DNA of 64,000 nt from Epiperipatus broadwayi (lineage: Eukaryota > Animalia > Onychophora), in assembly GCA_028023455.1 (NCBI GenBank), contig JAQFVV010000008.1:1116001-1180000 (forward strand), given 5' to 3'. Under the pieces are notes generated by a model. The model was not told where the DNA came from. It worked only from the letters and a program-made list of their open reading frames with translations, and did no database searches. Of the stretch, positions 53,901-64,000 are shown piece after piece. Made by a program: the position numbers and the translations under genes. Within the stretch, counting starts at the first letter, position 1. Each line of letters starts with the position of its first letter.

Positions 53901-54357
53901 ATAAGTCTTTATGTTCAATTAAATTATTTATAATTAAACATTGTTTTTTAATCTTAATAATTTTACATAAGTAATAAACATAAATGTACAATAATATGTA
54001 CTAATATATATATATGCTATTTACACAGATAATGAAGCTAGAATAAAGTGATTTTTTTTTTAAAAAAAAAAGCATTTCAGTATGGATTTTTTTTTCATTA
54101 CAATGAAAAACTTCTGCAGAAGAATATAAAAACTTAAATTAAAATTTAGTTTCATTTTCTTTCTTTTTGCTGTACTGTACTTTTTAAACAGAGAAAAAAC
54201 ACATTTTTTTAACTTTTCTTTTTAGATATTGTACAGTTTATACGTTCACTGCATTCGATAAATAATTTTTTTAATATGTACTTCATTCCCAAGTTAGTGT
54301 AATTTTTTAGCTTTAGGAACTGATCAATTTTTTCCCCATAGACATTCTTGTTTAACG

Positions 54358-54400
54358 ATGAGTTCTGGAGAACCAATTGCCATTGCTAAGAGGGGTAAAG
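54358..54400 (+). CDS. Candidate first coding exon of an unidentified divergent gene (MSSGEPIAIAKRGK-G)
   Basis: Acceptor ttttccccatag ends at 54341, ATG at 54358, AAG|GTATAT donor, CpG-containing neighbourhood head-to-head with VMA21. No downstream exon was identified. Confidence 0.4.
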
Positions 54401-55149
54401 GTATATATATATAACACTGCACAGTTTATAAGCATCGCGCTATATAAAAATGATTTATTTATCTACTTGATTTGAAACTTTGTAAATAAGTAGTACTGCT
54501 TGCAAATTTAAACATTAGATATTTAATATATATATACATGTGTATGTGTGAGTAAAAATAATACATACAACATAAAAATTCACTAAAAAGAATTTATGGT
54601 TTGACCAATTTAAAGAGTAACCAATTTACATATTAGATAAAAATAAAACAGCTTTTAAACAACCTATTGCAAAAATAAAGATGTTTTCAAAAACCTTCTA
54701 AAGAGATAAGATTAAGAAAGACATTCCTTATTTAACTTTCTAACTAAAAATCATTAGATACTCAATTATCATCTATTTCTAGCTGACTAATTATAGACTG
54801 TTTAACTGGAACACCCTCCCTCCTAAACTTGTTTGTATTCTGTAAAAATTTTCAAGTTTCATTTAGATCAAATTCAAATCTCAGGTTGTATACATGATAG
54901 GAAGATGCATGTACATTTCTAAGTACGCAGATATCTAACTGTACAATTATTAAAAATTCAAAGAACAATCTACAAAATGCTATTATTATTAAAAAAACTC
55001 ATATACTTTGCCAGTCAGCAGTTTGTGATTATAGCTCTTGATACATTTCTGTTGAAATATAGTATGAACTCCAATCCATCTAACAAGTTCAAAGACCATA
55101 ATATTTCATCATCATGAAATAAATAGTACTTCAATTGAGTCAGTTGTAT

Positions 55150-55330
55150 ACAATGACATCATTTTGCCAAGGCATGGGGTCCCTCTCTATTGACAGAATA
55201 AAAAGGTATTGGAAACATTTTATTTAAGGATGTTGCATAATATTCTGAAAATACAATGGTAAGAACATAATACAAGTCAATATATTCTTCGGCTTTCTGG
55301 AGCTAATGATGCTGAAATATCATGACCAAA
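55150..55330 (+). mobile_element. Possible RTE-like LINE C-terminal fragment
   Basis: NKKVLETFYLRMLHNILKIQW resembles the LEAF..RCLRRILKI.W motif of RTE elements. Confidence 0.35.
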
Positions 55331-55506
55331 ACTTGGCAATCAACAATCTACCTCAGTTGTATTCTCTTATAGCTTAAACTTTTATTTCCATTAACATTCC
55401 CCATCAGATTTCACTCTTGGAAAACAAATATCTGGATTCTTCTTTAGTTTAATTATCATAATTATTTGATTGAATACAAGTATAATTTATATACTTGGAG
55501 TTTTAA

Positions 55507-55750
55507 ATGTAATTATATAAGGGATTTGAACACAAACCCTCACACTCGCTTCAGCTCTCTGCTCAGTCTCATATAACTGATACACATGACCACACATATG
55601 TGAAAAAGATAAATGATCTCTAACATGGTATTGCATGCTGAATCAGCTTATCTTTTTCATGTATGATCCTGTGTATCGGTTATATGAAATAGAACAGATA
55701 GCTGAAGGGAACATAAAAATCTGTGTTCAAATCCCTTATATAATTATCAT
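55507..55750. mobile_element. Family-2 short palindromic copy
   Basis: ATGTAATTATATAAGGGATTTGAACAC...GTGTTCAAATCCCTTATATAATTAT inverted termini. The centre has GCTGATTCAGCATGCAA on the minus strand, a remnant of hammerhead stem II/GAAA. Confidence 0.6.
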
Positions 55751-58700
55751 GATTATGTAATATTAGAACATGTCACTCTTCAATTTTGTTTTATGCTTCA
55801 CTATAGTTAAACACTTATTGTGTTACCTACGTCATTATGGTTTCAGTTTCATCACATACTTTTGCCTATGTAACATAAATTTATTCTAACTGTAAATATG
55901 TTAATATTTGTATATAGTTTTCTATCAATAAAGTTTCTTTTAAATAAAAAAAAAAAAAAGTGGACTGAATATGTAAAGCAATAAATAGCAAGCTCCTAAA
56001 AAATATTTTGTGATAAATTTAAGCATGATTTTTATGAAAGACAAACTTTGTCTATATTGTAAAGATTACTTTGAAGACATTCCAAAGAATTACAATACTG
56101 ATTGATTTCATTGGGCTGATAAAATATAAAGGAAAACTATAATTAGAAAAATTGTTTAAGTCTTTAAAAAAAGAAAAATTTGTTGCACATTAGAATAAAG
56201 ACAGTCTTATAAGATTCAGAAAAAAAACAGATTTAAAGATTAGTGGGTGATATATGTGGATATATTTGTTTCATAGACTAGAAAATTCACCCCCCCCCAC
56301 ACCCTCTGAAGTTAGAATTGTTATACTGAACTTGTTTGCTTACTATTAATATGTATCCTTCCAAACACAATATACAGTACTTATTTGTGAATTACTACTA
56401 CTGATTTAGTAATGAAAGATGGTGAGTCCATTAGCTGAAATCTTTCTTTTTTTAATTTTTATTTTACAATTATTATAATTATTATTATTCATATCAGTAG
56501 TTAAAAAGATAAATAATAAATATTAACAAACAAAATAACAACTGATATACAGTAAGATATATTTTCCAAATTTTTAAAAATTTTAAGGCAGGTTTTAGCA
56601 CTTTGCCATATTTATGGCAAGTATTCAAATAATAATAATAAAAAGAGATCATTCTATTAATTAAAATTGTAACTTTAACCTAAATGACCATTATTAGAGT
56701 AATGATTGCAGGTCTAATTTGATTTAGAAAAGAATAAAGAAATAAATTATGTAATTCCAAATTCTATCAAAATTTGATTTTATTCCTGAAAAATTTTGTT
56801 TCATGCATTTGATTTTAATCATCCTTAAGGGTAAAAGCTTACTTCTATAAAAACAAAAACAATAAAATAATATAAATAAAATATTCAAATACATATATTA
56901 AATAAAATATATATTTACACATTCATGCATGTTTACAATTACGTTAAAAGTATAAATATTTTCATATATCACTTCTTAATACTATAAATATAATTAATTA
57001 TATATAATTTTAAAATCTCAAAATATAAATATCTAGAAAACTAATATTTACTTAAATCCACTGTCTTTATATAATGTCTAGTCCAATAGTTTAATTCCTA
57101 TATTTGTTCTAGAAATTAATCATGTTTCTTTTATTTTCATTTCAAGTAATTTCTTTCTTCACTCATTACACTACCACTATTAAATTAAAAATAAAATAAA
57201 ACAAAATACAATTAGAATTAGTTTTTGAAAAATTATACTGATCACTATGTATTGCTTAATTCTTGTATTTAAATTTACTCTAGTCTTTCTGTAATATACT
57301 GAATAACAACCAGTATTTCTACATTTCCAACTATGTGCTACATTAACTTTTGGTAAATGATTTATTTTGTCTTGAATTATTGAGTCTATTCAAATTAATG
57401 GAAGATTAAAACTAACATTAGATTTATTGCTGCAAATATACTTGAGCTTTTGCTGAATTAATACAAGGTATAGAAATCCAAGGTTTATTATAATTACTAG
57501 GTTTAATATTATATTAAATTTAGCTAGTAGTTAAAATGTTTTATACATTTTTCTACTTTATTTTTATAGTACAAACAGACAAATTTGAACTCATTAGCAT
57601 AGGTTTCAAATTATTTTTTAAATATGATTCATACTTGCATGCACATACTATTATATCTATTAAGAAATACTTTTAAGACTGATAATTTATAAATCCATAG
57701 GAACCCTCAAACATAGAATGGATATAATCCACACTAATTAGAGTTAACACCATTTTAGAGTCTAGCATGGTAATTAAATTTTGTAATTCCTGAAATATTT
57801 CATATTCTATAGTCCATCTAATATCAAATTCATTAAAATACATAATCAATTCCACTAAGTGGATAGTAAACACATTATTTATATAATGCTTACAATTATA
57901 ATTAAACATAGTATTTTTCTAATACTGTATTATATATAATTTCCAGTCTTGACTTATTAACCAAATGCTGTTAATACACTTTTCAGTATTTTTTGAACTT
58001 ATTAGATTATGTTGAAAAGTATACTAACATCATTAATTAATGAATTGAAACTGGAAATTACACACATACACCCAAACACATATTCTGTGTTATTCTTTAA
58101 TAAGAGCATTATAATTCTATTTTCAATATAGGCTACTTTAGAATTACAAGCCACATTATTTACAACTAGTCCTATTCACCAAAACCTATCCTTTTATCAA
58201 ATAATCCTTAACAATCCAATTACTTTATGTTTATTCACTCCAGATTTCATACATCATGAGCAATACTTATATACTTAAGCCTTAATAGAATAGTATAATT
58301 GGTAAAAGTCCACTTGGTGATTTTTTGAAATTTTTTGTTTATTTATCCTATTTTCACTATTTATCCTTGCATGGATGACTTACAGAGTATTGAGGATTAC
58401 TTTTTGGAATTGGAAACCACATCTAGGCTAAAAAAGTTACCACTACTTTGTTTTGCTATATAGTTCTAAGCTAATAATTTACATAAAATATGCTTTATCA
58501 CCAAAGGTCTCTATAGACATTTGCAAGTACTCTTAAAAGTATGCCATAAATAAAACAAATTCCAAAGTTAATTTATAGGTGACAAGAAAAAAATAAAACA
58601 ATAATAATGATATATTGCAAGCACCAAGTGCTAAAGCATCTACTAGTTGCTTAATCTACATTTACTAGCTTAATTCATTTATATAATTACCACAAGTGTA

Positions 58701-59349
58701 TGTCTAGCAGTTTACATGAACTACTTAGTAATCTTTATCTTAAGTCTAACGACTTAAGAGGATACATCATTAATAAAAAAATCTACAGAAATATTGCAGT
58801 AAATTCTGGAAATATATCAGTATTTCTGTAAAGCAGTAAGACATCAGAAAAAGAAGAAAGACCAAGACTGCATTAGAACTTTTATAATCTAAGAAATTTA
58901 AAAATAATTATATAAAGAAATGTGTAGAGATACGGTGTATAAAAACCTGTGCTACTAAAAGATTTACAGAGGCCAATAACAATTTTTTTTTTTTACGGAA
59001 AATTACTAGTATAGAGTTTGTTATAATAGTTATAATGTTGACATTATTTCATAATGATAAAGATGTATTTTGATTAAAAAAGAATTATAATGCTTGTATT
59101 ACTATGTATGACTATAAAAACAAATTCATACATTAGTTTGTATACACAATGATTTTGACTGTAATTTATTTTACCACAGGTCTGATACCGATAGATATAG
59201 GAAAATATTTTATTTAATGTTTTCAATATTTTCTCTGTTTATGACACAGTATTAGTATTACTTTCAATTTATACATATTTAACAAGTTGCTGATTACTTT
59301 TTATAATGATAGTTTTGGCATTAGGATTAATAGAAGAATATCAGATGAC

Positions 59350-60760
59350 ATGGTAATCACCATCATCATTATTTTCAACCATTATCAATCCACTACAAGA
59401 TGGTCATTCCAAGCAAATATCCTTATTTCAGATCTATCTCAGATGTGGTCACTTTTTAGGTCTTTACAATTTCTTGAGATCCTATTCAAGTCTTCAACTG
59501 TCCATCTATTATCACTACAATCATTCCATCTCTTAAATTTTTCAACAATGCTAATAATATGATTGTTCTCTCACTCAAATATTTCACTTTTGATCCCTCC
59601 TTATTCCCAATTTATATATCTCCAAATTTCGTTAAGTAGATTGAAATTTCTGAATTGCTCTTCTGTTAAGAATCAAATCTCAGATCCATAAGAACTGACA
59701 AAACACATTTATTAAAAAACTCCCTTTTCAAATACATAGGAATATTATCTTTTAATATTGAATTATTTCTATCAGAAGCATTCCATCCAAGTTTAATTCT
59801 ATGATTAATCTCATTCAGTACATTTCTATCTGTATTAATATTATGACCAAGATATATGAAGTTGTTAATTTCTTCAAATTCATGATTATTAATCTATATT
59901 ATCTTCTTGTGTGAAAATCTATTGAACATTACTTTAGTCTGTTTAATATTTATTTTTAGTTCTAATTTATTATTTTCATTTGAGAACTCTTCTATATTTC
60001 ATAAAACTTTGAAACATATTTTTAAAACAATCACATCACTTGCAACATCTAGATGGCTTAAATAATCTCTTATATACTTTTATTCCTTTAGCATCTCACT
60101 TTAATCCACAAAAAATATTTCTTGCAAAATTACTGTAAATATTTTTGGAAATATCGAATCATATTATCATACACTTTTACAATGTTAATCTTTTTAATGC
60201 ATCCATGTAATCAAATCACTGCTGTTGTATTTTGATAAATATTCTTCAGAAATCTGGGTTTATATTTTGATTGTTCAAAGCTTTTATCATTATGGAAATA
60301 TAGAATCGAATGCCTTTTCATAATCTATAATTCTAAAGCATAACTGCAACTTACAGTCATTAGTCTTTTCTATAACCTCTCTCAATATTTGGATATGATC
60401 CACTCTTCTAAAATCACTTTTAAATCTAGTTTGTTCTTTTGATTGGTTTGGATCCAAAGTTTACTATAAACAAGTTATAATTATTTTGATGAAGATTTTC
60501 TATAGAATTGAAAGATGGTTGATAGGTCTGAAATTTCTAATATCTTCTCAATCAGTTTTCTTAAATATCAATATTACTATTATATTCTTCCAATTAACTG
60601 ACACATTTTTATCAATGAGATATTTGATATATAGTTTTGCCAACAATTTTTCTATTTTTTCACCTGCTTCTTTTAAAATATCAATAATAACTCAATCATT
60701 TTCTGAGCTTTCCCCTTGTTTATAGATTTAATTGCATTCCTTAATTTATCATTTAAAATG
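59350..60760 (-). mobile_element. Degraded RTE-clade LINE (RT through the 3' end)
   Basis: The minus strand parallels 32560-33420 (ILKEAGEKIEKLLAK, WKNIIVILIFKK, NFRPIN, DYEKAFDSI) and ends in the same GATGAT-type tail as 43015. Confidence 0.82.
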
Positions 60761-61989
60761 CTTGGCAATTCAGCTGAGGTAATAATTGTAGAAACAAAAT
60801 ACTAATGCATTATCAATATGAGTAAATTTAAATAAAAAATGCATATTTTTTATAAATAACTTCAGCAGTTTTTTAAATAGAAAGATTAAGATAGAGGATG
60901 TTATTTTGTCCAATTTATTATGATAAAGTGAAAGCACCGAAAAAAATTCATTCAAGGATGTTCTGTAAAATTCTAGAATATAATGGCAAGATCATAAGAC
61001 CAACTAATAACTAATATATTCTTCAGCTATCTAGTTATGACACTATTGAATCTATCATTGTAAAGGAACAACTTAGATTGTGCAAATGAAATGAATCAAT
61101 AGTAAAACTACATATTAATTTATTTTAACATAAGCATGGTTTTCATGAGAAGAAAACTCTTCTTTCATTATAAAAATTATTTCAAAGACATTCTAAAGAG
61201 ATATAATACTGATTATTTTCTGTCTAAGAAAATATGGCTGAGAATAGAAAACAATAAAAAACTAAAATTAGACAATGTGTTGTGGACTTTAAAAAAAATT
61301 TGCTAAAGAAGTTAAAAAACAGTAGCACAAAATAACATATAAATAGATCAAATGACTACTTTGTGTTCATTGATTGATTTGTACAGTTATAGCAAAACTC
61401 AACTTTAACTTTTTCTCTTTTATTACAATTACATAATTAGCACATTGTTTTTTTAAGGTGAGTAAACTACTCTCATCTTAGACTATGAATAAATAACTTT
61501 TGGAGTGTTAATAAAAAATCAAGAATAAAATGGATCCTCTCATTCATTAAACTTTTGGTATCTTATCTTTGCCAACAACAATGAAAATTGAGAGTGAAAT
61601 TAAATATATTAGCCAAATAAAAATGGGGCATTAATAATTATTAAACTAATAATTTATACAAGGATAGAGACAAAATATATCACTTTTAATAAACTTTATA
61701 TTAGTAATTAAATAAAAATTAATAGTTAAGCATGAAATTAGTAATTTTTATTTAATTACTAAAACAAAATTAATTAAAATTGAGATTGTCTTCATTCATA
61801 TAAAACAGATTAGTTTAATAATAATTAATGCCATATTTTCATCTGGCTGATATTACATCAAAAACTTAAGGTTGATATAACATCAAAAGCTTAAAGAATA
61901 AATGAATCCATTCTATTCATGATGTCTTCTAGCATATCAAAGTTATTTATTCATAATCTGAAGGACAGTGATCTACTTACCTCAATTAT

Positions 61990-62480
61990 TTATGAATATA
62001 TGTAATCTTTATTTCATTGTTTAGTTGTTATAACTTTGCATAGTATATTAGTAAGCCTGGTGAAGTGTTATTCTTCTTTCATCAGTTTTCTGCTTAGCTT
62101 AATGCACTTTCGATACAGAGCTGTATTATTTCCCTTGGTTTAGACATATTCTACCAGTTTGATAATTGGATGCTATTAGTTCTCTTGTTTATAACATTGT
62201 TGTTTTTTGTGATTTACGGAAGCCTTGTTTATTTTCCTCTTTCTGTCATTGTGTTCTAAACTCACTAGTTTAACATTTTTTAATCAAAACAGTACCAGTG
62301 TTGTTGTTTTTTTTGTGATCTAAGAACACAGACATATATTCCGAGTTTTCTTTTGTGCGTTTGTATAGGCACTTGTACTGCACAAATCTTGCAGTAATAT
62401 TGGTCCGTAAATATCCATAATATACAGCTATGATTTCTTCTTTTTGTAGTTTGTCTTTGGTATTGATGATCAATAGTTCT
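61990..62480 (-). mobile_element. Possible gag remnant downstream of the LTR at 62784
   Basis: Purine-rich broken ORFs (62270-62483) lie downstream, on the minus strand, of the LTR end and a degenerate PBS-like TTGTCCCCAA (62767-62776). Confidence 0.3.
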
Positions 62481-62783
62481 CAACTTTTCAAATTCATGAC
62501 AAACTTACAATATATTTGTTGGCACAACAATAAATTTGCAAGAAATTCAGTATCATGTCATTATAGACAAGTTGACCATTATAGCATAAGGTAATATATT
62601 TAGACATGCATTTTAATGATAAAATTTCATTATTTTTTCATATAATTCTAAATTTGAGATGCTAAATTATATTAAAATGATGACAAGCAATGAAATCTAT
62701 CATTTGATTATCAAGTGTTATAACTTGGTCATAATATTTTTCTGTATAGTTGATCTCAAATCGCTTTTGGGGACAAAATATAT

Positions 62784-64000
62784 TGTACCAGTCAAGTTTG
62801 TACATTCGTGTAACAGAATCCAGAGTCCAGGTAAAGAGAACAAAGCTGACCAGTGCGAGATGGTGAGATCTCAAGACTGACCATTCTTCAACTCATTCAC
62901 CCGTGCTCCAAGACTCAATACCCTACAAATGACAAACTTGAGAGTACAGTCGTATAACTTTTCTTCATGGCTGACATAGGTCAGGGAGAAACATGAAACT
63001 CCGGGTTAAAATGCTCTTATTAACTAAATCTATCATATGACTAATTAATTGGGATATTATAATCAATGCATAGGTTTTGGAAATACATATTTTAGGAATA
63101 ATTAGGATTGATTTGAATTAAGAATGAATCAGAGAATGAAATATCTTAATTCAATTATATATTTATTTATGATGATAAATCAAATTAAAATGCACGTAGG
63201 CATTTGAATGAATGAAAAGAGATAATGTACTCTCTTCTTACAGATTAATTATGGAGGTATTTGTACAAGTAATCATTAATGCTTTGCATGAGATGAGTTT
63301 AACAGGCTCTCATCTTATGGATTTACTTATAGAAACATATGTATAAATAATCATTACGTTATGTCTAGAGAGAGTTATGCCACTTCCTATTTTAGACTTA
63401 TGGCTGTTACATATAAGTAATTCTTCAAAGCCTTGATTAATGATTAATTGTGCATTTTAGTATTACAAACGTATTTATATCTAATAGGTGAGCATATAAA
63501 TCAGCTCAAATAACTTAGATTGAATATGGCTTTCAAGAATATTTTCAGACTAATGCTGAATGTGACATTATAAGGCAATAGAGTTGGCTGCTCCAGATTT
63601 TACCAATGTGCTATGGCACAGGCAAATAAGAATAATAAAAGTCGCTCTGTGGATAGATTAGTGAATCAAGGGTTCTTGCGACAAATGCCGGTACCCTGGG
63701 ACCGAATGTCATGCTGCTAAGAGAAAAACATCTAGCTCAGAATGGCAAGGTGACTTACATACTAGCCTGGCCTTAAACTCAGGGTTCGCTAATGCATGAT
63801 CCTATAAAAAAGGAAGATGTTCTGGCTTAACCGTGGCTCCATCTTAATAAGTAAAATATATAGCAGCAAAACATGAAAATATTCAATTAAATAATGAAAC
63901 TCATCCACCAAGCAAAGGAATATTACAAATTTAACATCATATGTATGAGAACAATAGCTTTATTAGCTTCATCAATAGGAGCCAACCCTGACATAGCATT
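62784..64000 (-). mobile_element. LTR (same family as 12597), running off the window end
   Basis: TGTACC terminus preceded by ATAT; direct similarity to 12597-12770. Confidence 0.55.

Noticed and set aside
55197-55258. Exon-like segment as exon 2 of the divergent gene
   Set aside because: The phase-1 join gives a stop, and the open frame resembles an RTE LINE motif instead.

Overview
Very AT-rich animal (metazoan) genomic DNA, dominated by old nested transposable elements that show CpG decay. Two host genes are recognisable. The terminal coding exon of an N-acetylglucosamine-6-phosphate deacetylase (AMDHD2/nagA-like) lies at 9639-9904 (+), and a compact 3-exon VMA21 lies at 52910-53467 (-). 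A candidate first coding exon of a divergent gene sits at 54358 (+). The rest is made of Gypsy-type LTRs and gag/protease remnants, L1/Tx1-like and RTE-like LINE fragments, a decayed Penelope-like element, and pogo-like and nested TIR elements. The unusual structures are: (i) a ~4.6-kb palindrome whose axis carries the CCA-bearing 3' half of tRNA-Lys(CTT), running into a 3.1-3.2-kb tandem array; (ii) two families of small inverted-repeat elements that combine a tRNA-like module with a decayed minimal hammerhead-ribozyme motif; (iii) a hairpin with perfect 113-bp arms; (iv) a retroposed tRNA-Gly-derived element with an altered, duplicated anticodon just upstream of VMA21. All assignments were made by eye and from recalled family motifs; no searches were run. 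Almost all short ORFs in the supplied track are spurious or TE debris.
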